64,000 nt of DNA from an uncultured Candidatus Saccharibacteria bacterium (GCA_964644965.1 CAZXYN010000001.1:64282-128281); one strand, 5' to 3'; numbered from the stretch's first letter, positions 20,601 to 28,457 are shown. The notes: generated by a model not told the origin, from the sequence alone. Numbers and translations are program-made.

Positions 20601-21274
20601 AGCATCCGCTCAAAGCATTCGAAACATACCTAGATGAGCTTTGTATGCCTATCGATGAACTAGACTCAGACATGGACAACAAGACTGTTGTTATCGGAGG
20701 CGCGATTCAGGAAATGCGGGAGATCACCACTAAGAATGGGCAAAAAATGGCCTTTGTAAAACTAGCAGATTTAAATACTGAGATAGAAGTAATTTTATTC
20801 CCAAACGCCTACCAGCAGACTAATGGTATATGGGAAAGAGACCGTGTGGTATTAATTCGCGGTAAGCTCAACGCAAGAGATCGTCAGACAGGCGAATTGC
20901 AATCCGAAATGAAAGTATTGGTCGATGAGGCAAGGGAAATTACAATTGCTCAGGCAGAAGGTTACCAGGCAACTGGCAAGAAGATTAAATTACCCGGCAA
21001 GAAAAAACAGACCTCAAAGCCAGTTAAAGCTGCTAGTAAGAATAGCGCCCCAAAACGAGTTTACATTCGTTTGATAGATAGTAATGATAAAAAACAGCTG
21101 ATGTCACTCAAGAGCGTTATAGATGCTAACAAAGGCGATACTGACGTCGTACTAGTACTTGGTTCTGCAGCTAAGAAGCAGATTATAAAACTTCCAAGCG
21201 GAGTCAAATCAGAAGATTCGGTATTGATTGAACTACGTCAGCTTGTTGGCGAAAAGCAAGTCGTAGTACAGTAG
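17636..21274 (+). CDS. dnaE: DNA polymerase III alpha subunit
   Basis: PHP domain HLHNHTHYSLLDG, GLLKMDFLGL, FNKSHSACYA, an OB fold and a Lys-rich C-terminal extension. 1212 aa. Confidence 0.96.
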   Translation: MSSKRETLKPSDYVHLHNHTHYSLLDGLTKLPALFDYVKKTGMKAVAMTDHGTLSGLIEFYKEARVNDIKPIMGMETYIAPRKHTDKEAGKDKQYFHAILIAMNMTGYQNLMRLSTIANLDGFYYKPRIDHDLLEKYNEGIIVLSGCIGGEVGDAIRQGQYDQAKQAASWYKKVFGDRYYLEVQDNGHPKHPKAWDEQVSVNEQVFKLAEELDIPCVLTCDAHYLTHEDQEAHEILLCVQTGAYLSDANRMSLANMELHVTDPVELIERWGAERPDVITNSKAIADRCDITIELGKILIPNFPVPKKETEKSYLHKLVYRGLVWRYTNTPEEETHEMSVAAAKKLLPKDVLARSEYELGVIENMGFNGYFLIIWDFIKWGKDQGIVFGPGRGSAAGSIVAYSLRITELDPIGYDLLFERFLNPDRISMPDIDIDIQDTRRAEVIQYCVEKYGSERVANIVTFGKMAARNAVRDVARVLQVPYAEADRLAKMIPPPIQGRHIPLATSIVENADLRKENETNEQSARVFSLATKLEGTIRSHGVHAAGVVIAPDDIVKFVPLEMAQKGVVATQYSMNPIEELGLLKMDFLGLSNLTVIKNALRIIKKVYKKDIDINAVSLDDKETYELLQRGDTTGVFQLESSGMKRYLKDLKPTEFSDIVAMCALYRPGPLTAGLTDSFVKRKNGQEEVTYDHELAKNALQTTYGVIVYQEQVMQMSKEMCGFTGGEADTLRKAIGKKNRDVMNKMGQQFIDGAVANGVPQKTVEKIWKDILGFADYAFNKSHSACYALIAYQTAYLKAHYPSAFMAALMTSDYDDTDRLSVEIAECKHVGIDVLPPDVNESFVEFAVVPTGDPLHDPIRFGMNAVKNVGTGAVEEILHAREEGRFEKLEDVFSRVSPRLFNRKALESLIKAGAFDRFGDRVQLLHNADALLAFANRIQKERTAGQVGLFADEATSGMEPRIILDSATVSVNKQEQLKWERELLGLYLSEHPLKAFETYLDELCMPIDELDSDMDNKTVVIGGAIQEMREITTKNGQKMAFVKLADLNTEIEVILFPNAYQQTNGIWERDRVVLIRGKLNARDRQTGELQSEMKVLVDEAREITIAQAEGYQATGKKIKLPGKKKQTSKPVKAASKNSAPKRVYIRLIDSNDKKQLMSLKSVIDANKGDTDVVLVLGSAAKKQIIKLPSGVKSEDSVLIELRQLVGEKQVVVQ

Positions 21275-22333
21275 CTACTTGATGGTTCCGCTAGTCGATA
21301 GCAGTACGAAACCCAAATAAATAACCGCCAGTACGGCCAAATCTAGATACAAGTGTGAACCGATAAACTTCTCACTGGCTCTGAACCACTGTTTGAATCT
21401 GAAGCCTCTATGGATTAGCCACAAGACTCCGATAGCACAAACGCCTAGGACGACAAAGGTTGTGCTCCAAATGGCGTTTCCACCAGTCAAGAGTTGGATT
21501 CTTTGGACATTAGTCCCGGTAGCAGTTGGTGTTTCTTCATTCGTACCTACAGCAATAATTTCTTCGTCTTTTGGCTTTTCCTCTTCTTCTGCCTTTTCAA
21601 GTGCAGGTGCTTCTTCGACCGGTGCTGGAGTCTCTTGAGCCGTTTGTTTAACAGGTGCTGGTGCGGCGGTTTGCTGAGGGGCGGGTGGTGTTGCTGCCAG
21701 AACTTGCGGTTTGCCGTACATGGCAACTACTACGGTCTGGGGTCCGTTACCGACATAGCTCGGGCTGTTAGCAATGCCGAATCCAACTTCAGTAAATGTT
21801 CCAGAAAGTAGGTTTGCTTTGTGTGGCGGGCTGTTCATCCAGCCAGTTACAGTGCCGCTACTTGTCATGAATCCGTAAGCCAGATTTTCTCCAGCCGATA
21901 GATATTGGTAGCCAGCATTAGTAATAAACACCCAAGGTTGTTGTCCGTCTGGGGTCTCGTGAGACCAGTAATTGCGAGTGACCATGTCGTTGGCTTTGGC
22001 TTGGGCGGCACTAGCTAGCTGTGAGTTTATGCTGAGCCCGCCAACACCGTTACCTGAGCGTTCAGCATTAGTCGAAGCGAGTAGTCCTGATGGACTAACA
22101 TCTGTTGCGTAAGCAAGAACGTCTTTATGATCCCCCGATAGAACAAATCCAGGCTGAGCCCACAGAAAGCTTGCGAATACCGCTATAAGAATAGCTGGAA
22201 GAAACTTCAAACGATTCCAGTGCGAAGTCTGTTTTTGGAGTTGCTTTTTTCGCTTTGAAGTTGTCTTTTTGGTGGTAGATTTTTTCATAATACAAACTGA
22301 ATTTGAATGTCTATCTACAGTATAGTGCGACAA
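21275..22333 (-). CDS. membrane-anchored CAP/SCP (YkwD-like) domain protein
   Basis: NYWSHETPDG, GENLAYGF and GWMNSPPHKANLL motifs. N-terminal TM, Pro/Ala/Glu-rich linker and C-terminal TM helices. Confidence 0.75.
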   Translation of the reverse strand: MSHYTVDRHSNSVCIMKKSTTKKTTSKRKKQLQKQTSHWNRLKFLPAILIAVFASFLWAQPGFVLSGDHKDVLAYATDVSPSGLLASTNAERSGNGVGGLSINSQLASAAQAKANDMVTRNYWSHETPDGQQPWVFITNAGYQYLSAGENLAYGFMTSSGTVTGWMNSPPHKANLLSGTFTEVGFGIANSPSYVGNGPQTVVVAMYGKPQVLAATPPAPQQTAAPAPVKQTAQETPAPVEEAPALEKAEEEEKPKDEEIIAVGTNEETPTATGTNVQRIQLLTGGNAIWSTTFVVLGVCAIGVLWLIHRGFRFKQWFRASEKFIGSHLYLDLAVLAVIYLGFVLLSTSGTIK

Positions 22334-22344
22334 ACGCTTAAACG

Positions 22345-22845
22345 CTAGCGGAATCGCAGATGATAAAGCGCCATGGCGGCAGCTTGGATGACATTAAAAG
22401 ATTCTTTACTACCGAACATCGGTATTTCTATATGGTTTTGTACCAAGCTTAAAATGTCATCGGGCAGACCAGTGACCTCTGTACCGAGTAATAATGCAAC
22501 GTCCCTGTCTGGTTTAAACTCCGGCAGCGGCACAGAGCTATCGGTTTGTTCTAGGGCAACTACTTGGATATTTTGCTCTGCAAGTTCGGCCAAAACCTCA
22601 TGTATATCTTCTCGATATTCCCAGACTAGAGTTTGCTCGGCACCAAGCGCAGTTTTGGTTATTTGTTTATCAAGCTTTTGACTAATGTGCGGTAGTCTTT
22701 TGTCACTTTCAAGCGCAGGGTATGGAGTATAGCCAGTCAAGAACAGTTTTGCTACGCCAAGTCCTTCGGCGGTACGAAACAGCGAACCAACATTAAAGGT
22801 GCTTCGCATATCGTGAGCTATGACATAAATCTCGGGCATATTCAT
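22345..22845 (-). CDS. SpoU/TrmH-family RNA 2'-O-methyltransferase
   Basis: NVGSLFRTAEGLG, LLLGTEVTGLP and IPMFGSKESFNV motifs. Internal Met (MNMPEIYV) preferred as the start. Confidence 0.8.
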   Translation of the reverse strand: MNMPEIYVIAHDMRSTFNVGSLFRTAEGLGVAKLFLTGYTPYPALESDKRLPHISQKLDKQITKTALGAEQTLVWEYREDIHEVLAELAEQNIQVVALEQTDSSVPLPEFKPDRDVALLLGTEVTGLPDDILSLVQNHIEIPMFGSKESFNVIQAAAMALYHLRFR

Positions 22846-22909
22846 ATATCTTAGCAAACTTAGTTGTTTTATCTTTGGTTGACTTAACACTTATGGTTAT
22901 AATGGTTCT

Positions 22910-24514
22910 ATGGTTCAAGACGCCCGACTTATAGAGGAGCAAAGCACTGCAAGACGTGCCCAGATTTTGGGCTTGCCATATATCAACACTACGCAGTTGC
23001 CGAATCGGCAGCTCTATCTGCAGTTTTTGAGCATACCCGAACTTCGGCAGCATCGAATGATTCCGTTGATTGTTGATCAGCGCAAAGTGACATTTGGCAT
23101 CACTAACAACACTTCTCAGCAGACCATGAAGCAAGTCGAGCAGCGATTTAGTGACTATCAGGTGACATTCGCGCTTGTTTCGGACACTAGCTACAACGAC
23201 TATATGAAGCTGTACGATCCACCCAAGCAAGTCGTCTACGAGGACATACAGCTGAGTGATACCGGTACGGAAGATTTAGTAAGCCGGGTTACTAAGATGC
23301 TGCAAGAAATTAGACCAGACGATACATTAGCTTATCTTGTCGAGCAAGCTCATAACCTAAACGCCAGTGATATTCATATCGAAACCCAAGCCGAAAATGT
23401 GCGTTTCCGCTTCCGTATAGACGGTGTGCTACATCCGATTGCAACAATTGACCACGATCGTTACCGTACGCTGCTTGGCGTAATTGCCAGTGCAGGAAAC
23501 GTTTCTAGCGCCGATCCAGAGGCTCAACAGGGTCACATATCTCAGAATCTCAAGATGGCAGACGATCGTACTGTACGAGTAAATGTACGCCTAGAAACCG
23601 TTCCGACCGTCAATGGTACAGATGTAGTCATGCGGCTATTCAATATGCAACAAGAAAATTACACGCTCGATAGACTTGGACTCAACCCCAAGGAGCGCGC
23701 AGTAGTAGATGATATTATCGCCAAACCTAGTGGACTAGTGCTGGTGGTTGGCCCGACTGGTTCTGGCAAGACAACTACCATGTACTCAATCCTAAATTCG
23801 CTCAATTCAGAAGAACGCAAGATTATAACTATCGAAGACCCTGTAGAGTATCAGTTTGGTGGTATTACTCAAATTCCAGTGGATACCAATGCTGGTGGCA
23901 ACGACGGCAGCTTTGCGGCCAAGTTGCGGGCTGTACTGCGACTTGATCCAGATATAGTGATGGTTGGAGAGATCCGCGACAACGAAACCGCCAAGACGGC
24001 TCTCCAGGCATCGCTGACAGGACACTTGGTTCTCAGTACCTTTCACGCATCATCTGCAGCTGCAGCTTTAGTTCGTATGGAAGAGATTATTGGCCAGAAC
24101 CCGCTGTTCGTATCAGCGATTAGACTTGTCATGGGTCAGAGGCTTGTGCGTAGGTTAGATGACAATCTCAAACAACAGCGTGATCCAACCGAAGCCGAAT
24201 GGCACAAAATCAAATCTGTTGTTGATTCGTTGCCGTCGAATGTCGAAAAACCACATATTGATGGACTAAAGCTCCACGAACCAGGCTCATCACCAGAAAA
24301 CCCATATGGATTTAGCGGTCAAATTGTTCTAAGAGAACAGTTTACTATGACCCCAAGTGTCAGAGAGTTGTTTGAAAAAAATTCCCATATGACAGCGCAG
24401 GCAATAGAAGCCGCTGCTGTCCAGGACGGCATGCTAACGATGGAACAAAACGGCATTATCAAAGTGATTGCCGGCGAAACAACCCTAGACGAAGTTTACC
24501 GTGTAGTAGGTTAA
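22910..24514 (+). CDS. pilB: type IV pilus / type II secretion assembly ATPase (PilB/GspE family)
   Basis: N-terminal T2SSE_N-like region, Walker A GPTGSGKTTT, Asp box and His box (LVLSTFHA). Confidence 0.85.
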   Translation: MVQDARLIEEQSTARRAQILGLPYINTTQLPNRQLYLQFLSIPELRQHRMIPLIVDQRKVTFGITNNTSQQTMKQVEQRFSDYQVTFALVSDTSYNDYMKLYDPPKQVVYEDIQLSDTGTEDLVSRVTKMLQEIRPDDTLAYLVEQAHNLNASDIHIETQAENVRFRFRIDGVLHPIATIDHDRYRTLLGVIASAGNVSSADPEAQQGHISQNLKMADDRTVRVNVRLETVPTVNGTDVVMRLFNMQQENYTLDRLGLNPKERAVVDDIIAKPSGLVLVVGPTGSGKTTTMYSILNSLNSEERKIITIEDPVEYQFGGITQIPVDTNAGGNDGSFAAKLRAVLRLDPDIVMVGEIRDNETAKTALQASLTGHLVLSTFHASSAAAALVRMEEIIGQNPLFVSAIRLVMGQRLVRRLDDNLKQQRDPTEAEWHKIKSVVDSLPSNVEKPHIDGLKLHEPGSSPENPYGFSGQIVLREQFTMTPSVRELFEKNSHMTAQAIEAAAVQDGMLTMEQNGIIKVIAGETTLDEVYRVVG

Positions 24515-24587
24515 AGACCTTACTACTGCGGTTTACCGTGTAGTAGGTTAAAGACCTTACTACTGCGGTTTACCGTGTAGTAGGTTA
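24494..24587 (+). repeat. 37-bp tandem repeat, 2.5 copies, duplicating the last 7 codons and stop of pilB plus a hairpin
   Basis: GTTTACCGTGTAGTAGGTTAAAGACCTTACTACTGCG starts at 24494, 24531 and 24568 (third copy truncated). Each full unit carries the hairpin GTAGTAGG-ttaaaga-CCTTACTAC. Confidence 0.92.
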
Positions 24588-24630
24588 GTACAGCCAAAAG
24601 CCTCAAAAATATTTAAGAATTTTGGTTGTA

Positions 24631-24644
24631 TGACAGAGTAGTAG
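24631..24644. repeat. left arm of a 14-bp perfect inverted repeat flanking the small-ORF cassette
   Basis: TGACAGAGTAGTAG is the exact reverse complement of 25505-25518. Confidence 0.9.
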
Positions 24645-24655
24645 GAGTTGAGCGG

Positions 24656-24707
24656 TGGCGGGGTGAGCGTGCCTTTGCACAAATTTAGCAAAAGCCTCAC
24701 CCCGCCA
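24656..24707. terminator. GC-rich long hairpin between pilB and the convergent small-ORF operon
   Basis: tGGCGGGGTGAG...CTCACCCCGCCa forms a 12-bp outer stem, with an inner GCCTTTGC/GCAAAAGC stem. There is no clear U-tract on either strand. Confidence 0.45.
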
Positions 24708-24712
24708 ATCGC

Positions 24713-24880
24713 TTAAGCGACCCTACTGATCCACCAGCTGTTGCACACTTCGTGCGGGCAACGGAAGAGATCCTTGCTCTTCTCGTTCTTCTTCTGCCAG
24801 AGCTCGGTGATCTTGCCACAGTCGTTGCACTGGTAGGTACCGATGAGCTTCTGGTTGAACTTTATGAACTTTCTGAACAA
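24713..24880 (-). CDS. 55-aa zinc-ribbon protein (C-x2-C ... C-x4-C)
   Basis: TTG start 6 nt after GGAGGA. Sequence is (M)FRKFIKFNQKLIGTYQCNDCGKITELWQKKNEKSKDLFRCPHEVCNSWWISRVA. It is the only plausible part of listed ORF 24713..25174. Confidence 0.5.
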   Translation of the reverse strand: MFRKFIKFNQKLIGTYQCNDCGKITELWQKKNEKSKDLFRCPHEVCNSWWISRVA

Positions 24881-25050
24881 CGAACTTCCTCCGTAGTCGG
24901 TATGATGCTTTTCAGGTATTCGTGAACCCCCATCGCCCCAAGGGCGATGAAAGATACGAACAGAATTACATGACCAGGCTGCCACATGATTGCACGAATG
25001 CTGATCACGATGAGCATCAGTCCAGTTACAGCTTGTGCAGCTCTCTTCAT
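24862..25050 (-). CDS. 62-aa two-helix membrane mini-protein
   Basis: Two hydrophobic segments (GLMLIVISIRAI, VILFVSFIALGAMGV). ATGA overlap with the upstream ORF. Confidence 0.5.
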   Translation of the reverse strand: MKRAAQAVTGLMLIVISIRAIMWQPGHVILFVSFIALGAMGVHEYLKSIIPTTEEVRCSESS

Positions 25051-25256
25051 CGATTTCTCCAGGTGAACGCCAAGTATGCTGCATAGGCAGATCCACCGGT
25101 GCTGAGAAGAAATCCGAGAATGGCTGCGTAGCGGTGGGTACTACTTGGGTACGAGCTGATGATTGCACCTGCACATCGAAATGCTACGGCTATGCCGATA
25201 ATTGCAACCAACATGAACAACGGTTCGATCTGTTTGATCTTCGAGAAGATTTTCAA
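25047..25256 (-). CDS. 69-aa two-helix membrane mini-protein
   Basis: Two hydrophobic segments. TTG start with a TTGA overlap on the upstream stop. Confidence 0.5.
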   Translation of the reverse strand: MKIFSKIKQIEPLFMLVAIIGIAVAFRCAGAIISSYPSSTHRYAAILGFLLSTGGSAYAAYLAFTWRNR

Positions 25257-25435
25257 ACTTTCTTTCCTTCTTGTTGCTTGTTGTACACGTGCACTGCGTT
25301 AAGCAAGATTGATGTAGCCATGCAAAACGCTGCGATGAACAGATAGGCAACTACACGCTGGCCTTTGAGAGCAAGGTAAATGTACTCAAATGCAGCCAAG
25401 GCGTAGCCAATACTAAGTGCAAGCACTTTATTCAT
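25253..25435 (-). CDS. 60-aa two-helix membrane mini-protein (first gene of the cassette operon)
   Basis: ATG preceded by GGGAGAAACC. Two hydrophobic segments. Confidence 0.55.
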   Translation of the reverse strand: MNKVLALSIGYALAAFEYIYLALKGQRVVAYLFIAAFCMATSILLNAVHVYNKQQEGKKV

Positions 25436-25454
25436 GGTTTCTCCCGGGCTGATT

Positions 25455-25504
25455 TTAGCTAGGTAGCAAAAACAAAAATGCTTTCATTTTTGCTACCTAG
25501 CTAA
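25455..25504. promoter_or_regulatory. perfect 18-bp inverted repeat (hairpin with 14-nt loop) just inside the right cassette boundary
   Basis: TTAGCTAGGTAGCAAAAA-14 nt-TTTTTGCTACCTAGCTAA. Lies upstream of the mini-protein operon and downstream of the malic enzyme gene. Confidence 0.6.
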
Positions 25505-25518
25505 CTACTACTCTGTCA
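25505..25518. repeat. right arm of the 14-bp perfect inverted repeat
   Basis: CTACTACTCTGTCA is the exact reverse complement of 24631-24644. Confidence 0.9.
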
Positions 25519-25688
25519 ATGTACAGGGCTTGGAGCAAAGCTCGTACAGAGACCCTATACTTTCATTATATCATACTTGTCAAGTAAAGTCAACCACACA
25601 GTGAGCTTTCGATGCTCCGCCGTAGGCGGACTAGCCTACCCTCACAAGGGGTAGACTGCTCGAAAGTCTACTACGGGGTCAATATCTA

Positions 25689-26936
25689 CTACGCTTCTGC
25701 TTGCTGGTCTGGTTGTGCTGGTAGTATCACGCTAGAAACTGCTTCTACAACCCCAGGGTCAAATGGACCAGGGATTATTTTGTCGGCAGTTGGTTCTGGT
25801 ACCAGAGCAGCCAAAGCTTTGGCGGCAGCTAATTTGTGTTCATCTGTAATCTTGGTGACGCCGTGATCAAGCGCTCCACGGAAAATTCCTGGGAAACCGA
25901 GCGAATTGTTTACTTGGTTAGGGAAATCACTGCGGCCAGTGGCCACTACTGCAGCACCAGCTTGCTTGGCAAGATCAGGTAGAATCTCTGGCTCTGGATT
26001 TGCCATCGCAAATATAATTGGATTATCGGCCATCTTAGTAATCAAATCCTGGGTCAGAAGACCTGCCTTAGATACACCTATGAATACATCGGCGCTAGTT
26101 ATGGCATGCTCTAGTGAACCATTGACGTGGTTTGGGTTGGTGAACACAAGCAATGAACGCTTTTCGTGGTTCAGGTCATCACGGTCTTTGCTCAAGATGC
26201 CCTTGCTGTCCACTACCAATATCTCGGCGTCTGTATAGAGGTCTAGTAGCTTAACGATAGCAGTACCAGCCGCACCAGCACCGACAATTACAATTCTAGA
26301 CTTATCTAGGTCGCGTCCGGTAACTTTGGCGGCGTTAATCAGACCAGCTAGCGTAACGATGGCCGTACCGTGTTGATCGTCGTGCATTACTGGTATGTTG
26401 AGCTCGGCCTTGAGTCTTTCCTCTATCTCAAAACACTTCGGTGCAGCAATGTCTTCTAAGTTTATGCCGCCGAATGACGGTGCAATTGCCTTAATTGTGG
26501 CAATTATTTCCTCTGGTTCGTGTACATCTAATACGATTGGGACGGCGTCAATGCCAGCAAAGTGCTTGAACAGCATGGCTTTGCCTTCCATGACAGGCAT
26601 AGCACCGTATGGTCCGATATCACCGAGTCCTAACACGGCCGAGCCGTCAGAAATGACGGCTACGAGGTTGTTTGTCCATGAGTAGTCTCTGAGCTGCTCG
26701 GGGTGTTCGGCGGTATATTTGGCAACACCACCGACGCCAGGGCTGTAATAGGCAGCCAGCTTCTCCTTAGAATCCACTGTGTCGCGCAGACTCGTGGTGA
26801 TTTTGCCTCTTTTCTCTTTGTGCAATTGCAGCGCGGTCTCGTATATATCCATGCTGTCTATTGTAGCCCTTTTTTTAGGTACGCGATAGGTATCATGGTC
26901 ATTGTTGTAATTTTGAAGAGTTAGTTTGTAGGTCAA
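25689..26936 (-). CDS. NAD(P)-dependent malic enzyme (short, no PTA domain)
   Basis: YSPGVGGV, VISDGSAVLGLGDIGP, NLEDIAAPKCFEIE and VVGAGAAGTA motifs. Confidence 0.9.
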   Translation of the reverse strand: MTYKLTLQNYNNDHDTYRVPKKRATIDSMDIYETALQLHKEKRGKITTSLRDTVDSKEKLAAYYSPGVGGVAKYTAEHPEQLRDYSWTNNLVAVISDGSAVLGLGDIGPYGAMPVMEGKAMLFKHFAGIDAVPIVLDVHEPEEIIATIKAIAPSFGGINLEDIAAPKCFEIEERLKAELNIPVMHDDQHGTAIVTLAGLINAAKVTGRDLDKSRIVIVGAGAAGTAIVKLLDLYTDAEILVVDSKGILSKDRDDLNHEKRSLLVFTNPNHVNGSLEHAITSADVFIGVSKAGLLTQDLITKMADNPIIFAMANPEPEILPDLAKQAGAAVVATGRSDFPNQVNNSLGFPGIFRGALDHGVTKITDEHKLAAAKALAALVPEPTADKIIPGPFDPGVVEAVSSVILPAQPDQQAEA

Positions 26937-26992
26937 AAAAATTCAATTATAATCCTCGTAAGACAACAGAGTAAAAGCAGGGGAAAACAAAT

Positions 26993-27208
26993 ATGAGTGC
27001 ACAAAGGTTGTTTGAGGTGGGTCCAGCCCGACATGAGGAGGCTTCGTCTTTAGGTGAGATGCTCATCAAGTTGAGCCAAATGACTGATGATGAGGTTATT
27101 TCTGTCGGTGACCAGATGTTTGACGATGAGTTTAGGGGTCTTGAAGTTCCTGAAGAAACGCTACGGGTTATAGATGAAGAGCTTACAAAAAGAAAATATA
27201 TAAGTTAA
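26993..27208 (+). CDS. small acidic hypothetical protein
   Basis: 71 aa, Asp/Glu-rich, upstream of rplS. Confidence 0.4.
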   Translation: MSAQRLFEVGPARHEEASSLGEMLIKLSQMTDDEVISVGDQMFDDEFRGLEVPEETLRVIDEELTKRKYIS

Positions 27209-27265
27209 TTTAATTCTTTAATACCCTTGCTTTAAGGGGTGAAATAGCGTATACTTACCCGAGTT

Positions 27266-27787
27266 ATGGAATCAGCAATCAAATCTCTTAAGGCAGCACA
27301 GGCCAAACACCAGGTCGTCGACATACGTTCAGGCGACACTGTTCGTGTGCACCAAAAAATCAAAGAAGGCAGCAAAGAACGTATCCAGGTGTTTGAAGGT
27401 CTGGTTATCCGAACTGACCGCAAAGGCTCTCATACCAGTAGTATCACTGTCCGTCGTATCTCTAGCGGTATTGGTGTAGAGAAGACCTATCTTATGCATT
27501 CCCCACTAGTCGTTAAAGTAGAAGTTACCAAGCGTTCAAAAGTACGCCGCAACTACCTCAGTTACATGCGCGATCGTCGCGGTAAGTCAGCTAGACTTAC
27601 TGGTATGGCATTTGATAAAGATGCTGTAAATACTATTGGTGAAGATCCAGCTATAGCTGAGGCAGAAGCTGCTCTGAAAGCTCAAGCAGAAGCAGAGCAC
27701 AAAGCCGCCGAAGCAGAAAAGGCCAAGCAAGAAGCAGAGACAGAGGCTAAAGTAGCTGAAGCTGTCGCTTCCCACGAAGACAAATAG
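27266..27787 (+). CDS. rplS: 50S ribosomal protein L19 with an Ala/Glu/Lys-rich C-terminal extension of about 58 aa
   Basis: SGDTVRVHQKIKEGSKERIQVFEGLVI...RRISSGIGVEKTY...RRNYLSYMRDRRGKSARL core, then AEAEAALKAQAEAEHKAAEAEKAKQEAETEAK. Confidence 0.92.
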   Translation: MESAIKSLKAAQAKHQVVDIRSGDTVRVHQKIKEGSKERIQVFEGLVIRTDRKGSHTSSITVRRISSGIGVEKTYLMHSPLVVKVEVTKRSKVRRNYLSYMRDRRGKSARLTGMAFDKDAVNTIGEDPAIAEAEAALKAQAEAEHKAAEAEKAKQEAETEAKVAEAVASHEDK

Positions 27788-27806
27788 TACTCGATATAAT
27801 CAAATT

Positions 27807-27832
27807 AAACGACCTTTCAAGGGTCGTTTTTT
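27807..27832 (+). terminator. rho-independent terminator after rplS
   Basis: AAACGACC-tttcaag-GGTCGTTT followed by a T-run. Confidence 0.8.
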
Positions 27833-27866
27833 CTATATGTCTCCTATAATCTATAATCAATAGGTA

Positions 27867-28442
27867 ATGAAAACAGTTATTGGAATTGATGAAGTTGGTC
27901 GTGGTTGCTGGGCTGGTCCGTTGTTGGTTGTGGCCGCTAGGCAGAGAGCCGAGCTGCCAGAGGGTGTCAAGGATTCTAAGCTTACTAGCAAGCGAGTTCG
28001 CAGTCAGCTGTATGATCAGATTGCAAATGCCTGTGATATCGGCGAGGGTTGGGTAATGCCGGCGGAGATAGATCATCTTGGCCTGTCAGAGGCAATGAGG
28101 CTAGGTACTGAGCGGGCACTGCAAAATTTAAACGCAGATTACAGTGAAACAATTATTTTTGATGGACACATAAACTTTTGTGACCCTGCCTTCGTGTGCT
28201 CAAGCGCCGTAATTGGTGCTGATAATTTATTCCCAATTGTTAGTGCCGCTAGTATTCATGCTAAGGTAACGCGCGATCGTTTTATGGCAGAACTACCAGA
28301 GCGCTATAACGTCTACGAGTTTGATAGACATGTTGGCTACGGCACAAAACTACACAGTGATATGCTAAAAAAGTACGGTGTTAGCGATATCCACCGCCAA
28401 TCCTATGCGCCCATAAAAAAACTTGTCGAAAAGTACTCATAA
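27867..28442 (+). CDS. rnhB: ribonuclease HII
   Basis: IGIDEVGRGCWAGPLLV and DSKLTS motifs. Confidence 0.9.
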   Translation: MKTVIGIDEVGRGCWAGPLLVVAARQRAELPEGVKDSKLTSKRVRSQLYDQIANACDIGEGWVMPAEIDHLGLSEAMRLGTERALQNLNADYSETIIFDGHINFCDPAFVCSSAVIGADNLFPIVSAASIHAKVTRDRFMAELPERYNVYEFDRHVGYGTKLHSDMLKKYGVSDIHRQSYAPIKKLVEKYS

Positions 28443-28457
28443 GATAAAATCATCTTA

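Noticed and set aside
24713-25174. Listed 153-aa minus-strand ORF
   Set aside because: Most of it overlaps, out of frame, the better-supported coupled mini-ORFs and has an odd Cys/His/Trp-rich composition. Only its last 55 codons are retained: TTG start after GGAGGA, zinc-ribbon pattern.
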